From Vermamoeba vermiformis (lineage: Eukaryota), in contig JBEWZL010000213.1 in assembly GCA_045837725.1 (NCBI GenBank), forward strand, positions 186,001 to 237,448: a stretch of DNA of 51,448 nt, in the 5' to 3' direction. The notes under the pieces were generated by a model. It had not been told where the DNA came from. It worked only from the letters and a program-made list of their open reading frames with translations, and ran no database searches. Below, one piece after another: positions 1 through 14,983 of the stretch (position 1 is its first letter; the number at the start of each line of letters is the position of its first letter). A program made the position numbers and the translations under genes.

Positions 1-1026
1 ACGATGAATAAGAGAACCGTCATATCAGTAGCGCAAGTCAGCATGGTCTTGATAATACTCGCCATGTGTTGTACGTACATCCAGATTCGGTGCCGGTGAT
101 TCAAGAAACTAATTGATATTATTATCAGTTGCTATTGCTATGCGATTAGTACTCCTGTTAGGCAGCTTCAATTTGACGGATGTTGCAATCTCGTTAATTC
201 TCGGGGCGATTTTCTTCCCAGACACTTTACTGCTGTTGTCCTCATTAGTCGTCAGTTTTTATTGGTAAGAATACGTTCATTTAATATAAGATGGTATAAA
301 TAGCCTCGTGCGGAGTACACATGAGAATCAATCATTAAGTAATCGATAAGCGGAATTTTTTCTGACACGTGTCATCTTTTTTTTGACAGGTTCGAGTTGA
401 CATCACGCGTGTCATCAGTGTCACGTGCTTGGTCCAAGAAATTATGGAAACCGTTCATTGCTGGCGGTGTCATTTTGACCGCAATGCTGGTGCTGATCAT
501 CATTTGGGTGCAACTGATTCGCATCGTAGCGGTGTTTATTGCGATATTCGTCGTGTACTCAATCATCACCTTGGCAGTGGCCATCATTTGGATCATTTTT
601 GGCGCCAGATTGCGAAAGACATTGGAAGCTAATACCGCCAAAGTACAAAAGAATTCAAAAATGTTCCGCAAGGTTCGTTTAACTTCAAAAAACGTTCTAA
701 TCCGCTATTTATTAATATTAATCATATTTTTATTATAGTTGATCATTCTTATTGTTTTGTGCGCGTGTTCTATCATTCTTACTCGAGTCGCTGCTGGATT
801 GACCCAAATAGCTTCTGGCAACATCACCGCATTCAGAGTGATATTCGAAATCGGTCACTTCTCGTTCGAAATTACAGCCATAATGCAAGTATTGCTGTTC
901 TCGACAAAGAACAATAAGAAAAATACTTCCTCCTCTAAATCCGGACCGAGATCTGGATCGGAGATGGGAACTACGCTTAACTCACCTCATAATTCCGTGG
1001 AGAGTACTCACCACTCCGTTAATTAA
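1..1026 (+). CDS. 5'-truncated multi-pass membrane protein (possibly 7TM/THH1-like) with Ser-rich C-tail
   Basis: Hydrophobic exons (~1-70, 129-263, 390-672, 739-1026) joined in frame by GT-AG introns; ORFs 397..738 and 739..1026; stop at 1024-1026. Confidence 0.65.
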
Positions 1027-1094
1027 TTGTAAATAGTGTTAAAAAGTTTGCTTTTTCGATCGTGTACTGGATCAAGGTTCAATTTTTGTTTTGT

Positions 1095-2285
1095 TTATTG
1101 AGTAAGGTCTTTAAAATTATTAATATAGCTACAAGGTTTAAATACGGTAGGATCGAATAAATACTCGGAGCGATACTTGTTTTCGAGGAGATCGTTGAGC
1201 TGGTCTCCCCACAGCAATCCTTCGTCATAACAATTGGTATAAAAGCCCCATCTACGCAGTCCATATTCACAAATTTCAGTATTTTCACCTGGCGTTATTA
1301 CAGGCTCTTCATTAAAATCGTTATCGCTCAGCGAGTAACTTCGATCCGTTATAGGAGGCAATGGCAGGCTGCAAAGGTGGGCTGCGTGCGCTATATGTGG
1401 ATTATAAGCCTTTTTAAAGTGAAAGGGATCGATAACGGAGATTAATATTGCTGATGGATCAGCTTGAAACGCATCTAAAGTTAGATGCAAAAAACACAAG
1501 TCCAAGGCGTCCTTGATATCGACAATGCCGGGTAAATTCAGCAATGTCTGTAAATATATCGCGTGCATATTATCGGGGTGCGCGGAAGTCACCCTGCTAA
1601 GCAGCTCGAAAATGGCATCGTGGTCGAAACGGAATCCAAACCTGTACGTGTCTTTTGAAAGATTCTTATGATAATTGTTATTATCTGTAGGATCCATCGG
1701 CTTCCATCCGCTTCTCTCGCCTACACAGCTCACTGGTTAGCAAATTGTCGATCGGATCCTTTTTTGGACTTACGGAATTGACATGCGGCTAAAGCTCGCT
1801 GTATAGTATTATCATATATCCACCTTCGCTTATAGGAATTGCACCAATCATATCCATTGTTGTTTGTCTCATAATTTGTCGGAAGAAACGACCACAAAAA
1901 GAGCTTGATCCGTTGCTTTGGTGACTGGTGGATTCAACTCATCGTGCTGATTATATTCTTGATAATAACGGTCCTTCCAATATGTAGTCTATAAATACGA
2001 AATTAAATTACAGGGCACGCGATAGAAACAAGAATCGAATTGTTACCTGTCTGAAAATATTGTAGAAAAATGAGCAAGAGAAAGATAGTGGCAGTAAATC
2101 GTGTATATCAGCAACAGGATACTCATCAAATATTTTTAAAATTATTTCGATGGGTAAGCTGGTAAATCCAAGCTGATCTATAACAAAAGTACCATTAGAT
2201 TGGATCTATAGCTACCAAATCTCCAATAACACTTACCATTGGATTGTTCTTGGTTAATTTTATGCTTTTTTAGTGGTCTTTCCAT
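1095..2285 (-). CDS. F-box protein with an apparent 1-nt frameshift in exon 3 (pseudogene or sequence error)
   Basis: ATG 2285 MERPLKKHK; exon 2 FTSLPIEIILKIFDEY..LLPLSFSCSFFYNIF is F-box-like; last exon lies in ORF 1095..1733; in-frame TGA at 1869-1871 unless the A5 run at 1896-1900 is one base shorter. Confidence 0.6.
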
Positions 2286-2536
2286 GATTGCGCAAAAGAA
2301 CTAACTTTTTTTTCTGGGCTCAACTGGCGCCTTGACCTAGCCACTGAATGACTCTATCATCCCCACAAAGAAGAATAATCAGAAGAGCGTACTCTCCTGC
2401 TATTATGTTGTCGCCGCTAGACAAGTGACCGTTGGTTCGGTGAAATTCAGAACGGATAATTTTTCATGAATGTCTCGAATTTAGTCATAATCACCGTCTT
2501 TTAAGTGACTAACACTACTGTCATATTTATATAACA

Positions 2537-5441
<2,905 letters not shown>

Positions 5442-5560
5442 GTCAATCTAAGTTATTATTAAATAAATAGAATATTGATCAATATTCTATCATTCTTTAC
5501 TTGTCCGTTCTACTAACACAAAAAAAAAGGTAAGAATGAACAAAATGTTTTGCTTGAAGA

Positions 5561-8437
5561 TCACTTCTTTGTTTTTGCAACAGGAATATATTTTCTGAGA
5601 AATGTGTGGCAGTGCGACAGAGTTGCAGTCAATCTGAGCTCTGGTATTGGATGCATCATCCACTGGAACAATTCTATCGCACTTGGAGTTGCAACATGCT
5701 CTATTCTATCTTCATCTAACCACTCCTTGACTTTCTCAATATCCCGCAGCTCATTCAATTCAATGTTGTACATCTACTTGGTATGTAAGTTACGGATTGA
5801 ATTTTTGTATTTTGCTCACCAAAGCAGCACAAACAAGTGCAGCAGAATAACTGTCAGATTTGTCAGATCCCTGGATTTTCGCTCCAATCATTGCCTTTGG
5901 AGTCCAGCAGTAAGGTGCATGAGTGTTGTCCAACTCTGGAGGCTTGAATGCATGGGTTCCATAGCAAGTGTCAAAGTCAGTGTCATCTTTGTGTATTGCA
6001 CACTTGATTGCAACATCATTAATATATTAAAATCTAACACATTGAACACTTACATCAAAGTCAATTAGCCTCAGGCTACCATCTTTGTTCCTCATCACAT
6101 TTCCAGGCTTGATGTCTCTGTGAATGTAGTTCTTTTGGTGCACTGCAGCAATAATCTGCAAATCATGATCTGAGTTACAGTAAACAGTCAAATTTACGCA
6201 TACACTCATGAGTTGACGTGTAATAGTTTGAAGCTCACGTGCATTGCTGATAGATGCAGGCAGTGGATACAAATGCTCCAAAATCAAGTAGCCCAGTTCA
6301 CTGTTGTTGATTAGGCCATTTTTGTACATGTGAACGGCCCCACAGCCTAATATTTGTTTAGCTTTGCATAACCAACAATGGATTACCTGACAGTGCTGCA
6401 AGGATTTTTGCTTCTTGCTCAACATACTTTCTATGTTTGATCTTCACAACAAGAGGTTTGTTTTCTCTCTGAGCCTTGTATACTTTGGATGTAGCATGCT
6501 GGTGAGGTGTGATGTTAGTTTTCTTTGCCTCATCTAGAACAGTTGACTTGTTACCTGGTAAATCAATTTGAAGTCCTCAAAGCCATCCTCACTTAGTTTG
6601 CTGAAAAACCTCTGAATAGCATCATCTGAAGCTGAATCAGCTGTTGCAACGTCATGTTGAGGCAATTCCACAGCATTTGGTACCATTGGCACCTTAGCAT
6701 GCAAGCTTGGTTTGTATTCCATAAACTTGTGAACCTTGTCAGATAGCTTGGTCCAGTCCTCAAAATTTATGTCCAGAGGCTTAGCTCTGAGCTTCAATTG
6801 TAGCAGGTTGCGTAACTTTCCAAAATCAGGTTTGAGCTGCTTGAACGTTTCAAGCAAATAGGCTGCAAATCGATAAATGACTGCTGCAACATAGAGTGCA
6901 TCAGAAGTTGAGTGCACATTGTGTGCCCACACAACAACAGACTTCTTCTTTTGATCAATAGCCACTAAAGTTTGTATTTGCCAGGTGTGGCCTGACACAA
7001 CTACGGCATAAGGCCTTGGAGCCTCTCTCCAACACAGTTTGTTAATCTCATGTATTTGGTCCATTTCTTTTGCCAAATTAACTCTGCAAAATAAATTAGT
7101 TGTATTCAATTGAACTAGTGTTGCTTACAAATCAATTTCATTTCCTGTGCCTGTGTACTGCACCACACAACATGGAAGCAGAACTTCATTTGAGCCCAAG
7201 AAAACTCCAAGGTCACTCAGCAAGCTCAAGCAAGTGCACAAATCCTTTGAATTGGGTAACAAGGAAACAACTTCTTGATTGGCTGCAAAATTCGTTTTGA
7301 GAAGAAAAAAGCCACAAGCTGCACAAGTTGTTGCAGTGTCTGTGTTCAGCACAACGTTAGTTGTTGACTTCAGTGCTGTTGTGGGATGAGCTGTCATTGA
7401 CTTTGGAGTTGAGAATTTGATGCTGGTAGTCGTTGAAGTTTTGCTCACTGTTGATTTCTTAACAGCTGTTGTGGGTTTTGTGACTGAGGTTGACTTTGTT
7501 GCCGTCCTGGATGCGACAGCAGCTGTGGACTTGGCCCTAGTTGTTGTTGGTTGAATGATGGCAGGCTGCTGTTGCCGTTCCCTGTTTGGCGAATACGATG
7601 TACTAAATGAGTTAGTATACCATAGTAATTCTGCATTAGTTAATCTTATGGACATACCCACTAAAATACCCAAATGACTGCGATAACAGTGTCGTAGCAA
7701 ATAACACAACTTGTGACTCAGAAAGCACACTATTTTCCTCGTGCATCGTGCGGAAAATCGTTCCTAGTATTGAGAAGAGACTGCTACGGTGCCAATTGTT
7801 GGATTCGACCGCGGAAAATTGGGTTACGCTTCTCAGTTCTGTGTGCAGCTCGAGCACCTCTCCTTGCACGAAAGAAATGTCGCTTGAATCTTCAGTAATT
7901 GTAGGTAACTACATGAGGTGTATTAATACGTATTTGCGATGAATTGTGACGTACGTCAAAGCGCGAGATTAATTCACCAGGAACGAGAACACGACGATGA
8001 AAAATTAACCAAGGGAAATCTGGCAGCTGAGCGCTTAAGTCTAAGACAGACGTTAGCGCCATATCGATGTTTGATGCAGTAATGTTTTTTGCGGCAAGCA
8101 AGGATGTATCAAATCTTCCGGTCCGTGTTTGGCTCCCTAGTGGCCTCCGTACCTACATTAATATTAATGTTGTAGTAATGTTCGTATGCCATAATACGTA
8201 CACTTGGCCCCTTTAATGAGTACGGATTTTTTAGATCATCAGCCGACTCGTGTCCAAATAAGTGCGGTTGCTTTTTTGCCCCTAAAAACACGCTATAATT
8301 AATTAATCAATATTTTATGATTAATAATAAATCGGCTGGATCAAAAAAACTTTGGATTTGGTACCTGGACCAAGGTTGAAGGCCTCCAATATGCAGTTAG
8401 TGGAGAAGATGTGGCGTTTTTTTATGTCATTATCCAT
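5561..8437 (-). CDS. Multi-exon protein with Thr-rich linker, Cys cluster and C-terminal Ser/Thr protein kinase domain
   Basis: ATG 8437 MDNDIKKR; exons join in frame through ORFs 8109..8291, 7892..8101, 7636..7869, 7125..7730, 6534..7109, 6027..6425, 5561..5773; kinase motifs LVVKIK, IHRDIKPGNVM, LIDFD, GTHAFKPPE, KSDSYS. Confidence 0.8.
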
Positions 8438-8641
8438 TGGTACTTGTTCGCCGAATAAATTAGATTAAAAGAAAGCCCGTTCGCCAGATTTTTCTCGCTA
8501 CTCGTGCGTTCGCAGACAAATCTAAATTGTTAGAGTAATCAAGGCTTAAATATGATTATATATTGAACAATCTTTTATATTGGGCGATTTAATTATGAAA
8601 GAAAGTCCGCGCGATCTGCAAACAAAAAAAGCTGATTTACC

Positions 8642-11048
8642 TCAATTAAACCAGAACAAGACGCTTGACAATAACAATAGCGTATACGATATGGATAGCA
8701 CATGAGCCATAGAGACACTATTCGTAGGTGAACCGAGTGGGGCGACAGGTAAAACCAACGAGAACGGCGCCTTCGGTGTGTAGGTCACACTTGGTGCGTT
8801 GCTGAAAGGCACACTGCCAATTGGAGTCGCAGGAATACCAGCTTGATTAGCTAGAGCCGAGGAGGTCAGTATTCTCTCAAGAGTACGTCGAATATTAACA
8901 ATTATGCAAGGGCTTACATGGTGCACAATCATACGACACGGCGAGGGTGTAACTTCCGGCATTTCCGCTAGCCTCCACGGAGAAGTAAAACTGACCACTG
9001 GCTTGAGGTCGCATGTTCATGCAACGACCGCGCGAGCCGCCGTCAATGCTCAAGATAGAATCTCCTGTTGAATTTCTGAACACGAGCTTGAATCCCGAGG
9101 CGAGGGTCGTTTGGCCAATTTGAGGTGCGAGACAGGCCGTTACAACTGCCGCAAAGCTACCTTGAGCAGGCACATCAATCCTCCAGTAGTCCACATCAGT
9201 GCCAGTCAATTGGCCGACGCCGTATTGACCGAGATTCGAAGCTGTTGCGAGGTCGTTGTTTGGCTCACTTTCTGTATTTGGCGTTGCAAAAGATCGCTCC
9301 CACCAGGTCCAAATCTGATATGGAACGTCCTTCTCTTGGTCACTCGTGATTCGAATGTAGTAGTTGCCAGTCTGGGGCATTTGGTAACCTATAGAAGGAA
9401 GTATTAAAATCAGATCTGAGTATTCGGCTAAAGATGCCAGGTCTATTCTTACCAACAATAGATGAGCTGTTCAAGCCCCAAATAGGATTATTGTCGGCAG
9501 GGAAAGTTTGAACTTCATTGCCGCTGGAATCAGTTAGGGCCAACTTGAAGCCTCCGACAGTAGCAGCGCCACCGTCGACGAGTGCAAAAAGTACGGCGTT
9601 TTGTTCGATTTGTGCGCCCATGTAAAAAAAGTCCGCGGTGTCAGAAATTGTTTGATCGAGTCCTCCAGTGACGCCACACGTGATTGCAGCAGCACCACTG
9701 GGAGCGCTGGCCTCGTATTCCTCGTTGCACAGGGACACTTCTAAGAGGTACTGAGCCGATGCGCTCGTTAATGTGTTCGAATCGGGATTGACCAAGTCTA
9801 CGATAATATACACAATCTGACCAGGCGACAATTTTTGACAATTGTACAACTCGATGAAATCTGTTCGTCTATTAACTCCGTTGATGAAACAATCAGGATA
9901 CGATCTATAATAAGGCAATAGGTTAGTCGATTTGTAATTGCTGCATTTGGGTTGCTTACAGTTTTGTGCCAGATGCGATGCATCCCGTGGTCATGATGAT
10001 TGCAACGTCTTGTGCCACAATACCAGGGCGAGAAATCACGCGAAAATTGTATGATGCGTCTGCAGGCGCAGTGAACTTGTAGACTATATCACCTGCGAGC
10101 AAAATTAGCGCGTTCATTAAGATTTGACACGTGTCAAATGTATCGCTTAGAACTTACCTCCGTTTCCAAGCGCTTTAACAGAAGTGTCGCGATAGCAGTC
10201 AGAAGTGTACGTATAATCATCGCTCCAGAACACATTTTGAGGCAATATTGTTGTCGAATTCAATACGACACTCACTGCGTTCTCGCACTTGTCATTCGTA
10301 GCAGCGGGCAAGAAATTTCCTCCTCTTGTAATTTTGACTTGGACTGAATTAGCTCCCAACGCTGGTGCATCAGATGATCCTGAATACACTAGAATAAAGT
10401 ATTTGGTGTTGGCGGTTAATGACACGATAAATTTGCTTTGTTTTGCGCAAGCGTTATCGCTGCATCCACGAGAAACTTTAGTATACGTGTCGCAAACACC
10501 TGTAAACATTAAAAATTAGCAATAATATTTTAGTCGACTAAACAACAAACCTGTTAATAAGAGCAGGACAGTATCGGGTAAAGTTGTGGATGTTTCCGTG
10601 CTGCACGTTGAAAAAGTAAATACTCCTGTAGTCGTTGGAGTAAATGTCCACCATATAGATCTATTATAAGACGATGTGCTTGATAAACAAGTTGGGATTG
10701 GATCGGAAGCGGAAGTAGTCGCATCTGTCACGTCCACCGAGCTTGTAGAAATGCTGGCACTGCCATCGTCTGTAATTGCAATGGCATTCGGGCATAAATC
10801 ATTGCTAGGAGCACCTGATGAAATAGTAAATCAAAAATGCTTTTGAATTAATTTCTTGCGGATTCAAGTTCAACGACAGGCTAGTAAATTTACCAATAAA
10901 TTATAGAATACTATTACTACAATTTTAAAAATAATGGACCGAATCAAGCAAACTAAACTGAGATATTTCTGTTACCTTGACCAGCGACGATTAAGCCAAG
11001 GCAAAGGAGCATCCATACGGCAATCTTCACACTGACCATAGTGGTCAT
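8642..11048 (-). CDS. Secreted, probably GPI-anchored surface protein with PPC-like beta-sandwich repeats
   Basis: Signal peptide MTTMVSVKIAVWMLLCLGLIVAG; repeats PSNDLCPNAIAI and TNDKCENAVSV; ESEPNNDLATA...DVDYWRI; Pro/Ser/Thr linker and hydrophobic C-terminus ISYTLLLLSSVLFWFN*. Confidence 0.8.
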
Positions 11049-11123
11049 TTATTTCGTTAAAAAGTTTATTGTATTTGAAAATTGTGGGCGATATTGGAGC
11101 TGTCAAACTTATCTAAAATTCGG

Positions 11124-12921
11124 TTAGTGGTGGATGTGAACAGGCGGGACGCTTATATGAACATGCATAAGCGCGTCAGAAACCTTGGCAGATCCTGCTG
11201 CCGATATATTGGTATGCGTTATATCGAGAGTGGTTAACGAGGGCAAATTTTTGAGAAGTACATCCACGCTGGCATCAGTCACTTTGGTGGAGTTCAAAAA
11301 CAACACCTGTAACTTCTTGAAACTTGCAGCATTATCTCCAAAGATCTTCTTAACACCTTCATCAGTAATCTGCGTACCGCCGATGCGAATGTCTTCCAAT
11401 TCCGTGAATTTAGTCAAGGCTTGTAATGACTCGTCAGTGCACGAAGTGAACTCCAAATTGATGGTCTTCAACTTCATGCACTCTAAGCTCTCTTCCATGT
11501 AGTCGCCGGAAATCTGAGGGGCGTTGATGATGCATAGGTCTTGCAACTGAGTGAACGAAGACAAGTACATGACGCAGACGTCGGTTAAATGTACGCCAGA
11601 GAGCAGGAGAAATTTCAGGTTGGATAGTTGTTGCAAGTGGCTGACACCATCGTCGGTGATATCAGTGCCATAGAGCTGCAGTCTCCTGAGGTTTGGCATG
11701 TTCTTGGCAACGACGTTCAACGTGTCATCGTCCATCTGTTTGCAAAAGTTCATGTACAGCGACGTCAGTGATGTCAAAGTGCGAATACTTTCAACTCCAG
11801 CGCGAGTGTTGTCGAGGCACAAGTCTTTGAGAGATGCCAAGCTCTGCATATGTTGATCGTTCAACTCTAGGCCAGCAAGATCTACTTGCATCAACTTTGT
11901 CAGCTTGGTGATGGATTGCAGGCCTTTGTCAGTGACTGAGGTGAAGCTAATGTTGAGCGTGTGAAGATTGGTTAGATGGTTCGCAACGAACTCCATAGCG
12001 GAGTCATCGAAGCGGAAGTTGTTTTGAAGATCGAGCACGTTTAAGTTGTGCGAAAGTGACGCCATTGACTGAATAGACTTGACTGTAAGATGAGGGCAGT
12101 TCCACAGAAGCACGTCACGAATGTGAGACAGACCAGAAAAGTCCTATAAGAAGCTAAGTAATAGAATCGCTAATGACTAAAACTTACCTGCCCCTCGAAC
12201 TTCCAGCAATTGAGATGCAGCTGTTCCAATCTAGTAAACGCTTTGAAGTAAGCTGATACGTCTTGGATCTCAACCCCTAAATGAAGATAATTTAGCCTTT
12301 CCTAGTGGAAGCTAAGCAAGCTCGAGCGTTTCTTCGTTAGTACATACCTCCATTCAGATGAAGCGATGCTAAACGATGCGACAATCCACCAAGCGTCTCA
12401 ATTGATGATTGGCCCAAAGTGTCGTGCACGACAAGGTTATGCAGCTTAGGCATGTTACGAATGTACTCAATGCCTCGCTCGCCCATTCCATACGGGAAGA
12501 TGATAGAGTGCAGACGTGTCAATGTCGATAATTTTCCGAGGAAATCTTCGGGAACGCGACACTTGTGCGGTAAACTCAACTTTTGCAAGCTGGTCATCCC
12601 GCACACGTGGCAGAGTCCTTCTTGCGATATCTAACGATTGAGGTTAGTTTGATTAATAGCACCAATAAATAGGTGAAAACTTGCCTTCCAGCAGTAGGTC
12701 AGATGCAACGTGTTCAGGTTCTTAAACTCCTTCTGAAAGAACGAAAGGGTCTCGTCGCTTACGCAGGGAGCGTAGTGGTCGACGTCAATCTCTTTTTGGG
12801 ACTTCTGAATGATAGCGCGCCAGCCCTTGCAAACTTGGGTTCTGAACTGTTCGCAAACTTCTAACCACGATAATATTTCGCCCACAATTTCTTCGGGTAA
12901 AGATTTGAATTGCTCAGCCAT
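11124..12921 (-). CDS. F-box/leucine-rich repeat protein (FBXL-like)
   Basis: F-box FKSLPEEIVGEILSWL..QVCKGWR; many LRRs such as LHTLNISFTSVTDKGL and LRRLQLYGTDITDDGV in ORF 11124..12113; intron 1 appears to be GC-AG (12631-12684). Confidence 0.92.
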
Positions 12922-13034
12922 TTACGAAGAGATCTGATGAAAAATGAACTCGATCAGTTAAACAAGATCCGACGCTAGAATTTGATGAGGATTGAAATCG
13001 TAGCCTACCAAAAATAGTGTTAGTGCCGAAAAAA

Positions 13035-13136
13035 TCTACCAGGGTCGTCGTGCAAGCCTTCTACCAGGGCAAAATAACAAAATCTATCAGGGCAACCAAA
13101 AAAACCACCAAATAAGTTTGATAAAAAATCCTGGTA
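13035..13136. promoter_or_regulatory. Cluster of TCTAYCAGGG motifs upstream of the F-box/LRR gene
   Basis: TCTACCAGGG at 13035 and 13060, TCTATCAGGG at 13083, inverted core CCTGGTA at 13130; regulatory role is inferred from position only. Confidence 0.4.
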
Positions 13137-13428
13137 AAATCCTTGTTTTTCAATTCACATAGAAAACATATTATTTTTTTTCAGTGGCGCCTTCTGTTCT
13201 AATAAGAAGAAACGGGCCAGCTCAGCGACTATTGCAGGTCAAGCAAGTCCTGGACAAAATAATGTGAATACCCGTACAATTTTGCTAGGTAAGCTTACCA
13301 TTTGTCTATGTAATACAGACGATGCACGAGTACATTGAACCAGAATTATATTGAACAAATACCGTTTATTTAGGTCAAATCGAGTACTCTACGCGATACA
13401 TCGATCAACCAAGCTAAATCATCCTCGT

Positions 13429-14782
13429 TTAAGCAAGGGCCTTGCGGATGCCAACCAAGACGTCACCACTCTTTTTCTGTAAGGCAAGGCATATTAGCAA
13501 GCCATAATTGATCAAACACGGAGGTGTGCTCATTAAGATACTTACGACAAACATGTTAATAATGAAGGTGGGGATGTTACCCTTGGGATCCAATTGGACG
13601 ATACGAGTGAAGTGGCACTTGTCGGCAGCACCTTCAACAGGTTGAATAACGAGACCAGAGACGACGACAACGGCACTATAGTTTTCAGTAAATTAATACC
13701 ATGTATTAATTTCATTCTCAACAGCAAGGTCAAAAAGATCAGGATCCCGCGTGTCGTTCCGCCAACCCGTAATATTGCAAAAATTACTGCGCACTTACCG
13801 AACTCTCTTGTCAACGACGGGTTGTTCCTTGTAGTTAATAGAGTACAAGCAAACGAGAATGCCGCCCTTGCCATCAAAGTTGCGAACAACGTGACGCACG
13901 TTGGTGAATTCTCTGTCAGAGACAGGGAAAGAAGGTGACTTGTAGGCGCTGTAGTAGAGAGAGGTGGTCTCGTCGATTTCTATAATACAGAATCAATAAG
14001 ATTTGCGTATGACGAAAAGCACGTGGCGGTTGATCCAGCGGCCCGCGAAGCTTACCCTTCAAGACCTTGGCGTCCAACAAGTCATGCTCAAGCTTTTGTC
14101 TTTCCTTAACGTCATTAAGGCTGAATAAATTGTAGACTTTCTGCAAAGTGGGTGGATTTAGTCGCAGATTTACAAAGGATAAAAAGAGCTGTATTTTACC
14201 TCAGCAGAAGCGTTGATAACGGCGCTAGTCTTAACAACATTGACAGATTCGCCTTCCAATTGCTTAGAGACGATCTTGATGTCGTTGTGTCCCTCCACTA
14301 AATCCAGATTTAGGATTAGTGCACAGAAAGAGCAATGCAATTATTTGCTTTATAATGATTAAGTAGAAAATTCCAATGAGTATTATCCTTGATTGGGAAT
14401 CATGAAGGCACCGCAAGGCTTACCTCCGTAGGCAGTTTCGGTCCATCCGTCGTTGTTGCCCAATAATTCAACCAACAATTTAACTTTCTTTTCGTTCAAA
14501 GCCTTGAAATCTATCGACATACGTTAGCGTTATAAAATAGTTAAACGGCAGGCGAAAATTAAACTAATTTTTGTTAACGATGCGCAAAGCGTGGAGCGAT
14601 ATGTTACTGTTTAGTACGCAAAATCATAGGCCACTTATGTATATTAAATATTATTTTTGTGGCGTGTAATAAAAAGGTTACATAAAGACTTGTTTGCCGA
14701 ACTCACCAGCTGCGGATTGCGGGGCTTCCAATTCAGGGTAGATTGGAGCGTCGTTGTTACCACCACCTAACCAGCCGAACAT
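13429..14782 (-). CDS. START-domain lipid-binding protein
   Basis: ATG 14782 MFGWLGGG; spliced motifs DGWTE, YYSAYKSPSFPVSDREF, RVRAVVVSGLVIQP, FTRIVQLDPKGNIPTFIIN; stop 13429-13431. Confidence 0.88.
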
Positions 14783-14983
14783 GTTGATTTATATTAGTTG
14801 TGTTGTTATGATTACAGAAATGTGCGTTTATGAGAGCAATCCACGCGGTTGCCAAAAAGCCAAAAAAAGTTTGGAAATTTGGTTCGTTGTTTAACTTCTT
14901 TCGTGAAGACGACGCAAAAGGTCGATTAACCGTAAGATAGATACCACATACAAGCGTATTTTCTTACTGGAAGACGTCACACC

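Noticed and set aside
5550-6068. 172-aa plus-strand ORF and similar antisense ORFs in the track
   Set aside because: Shadows of real genes on the opposite strand
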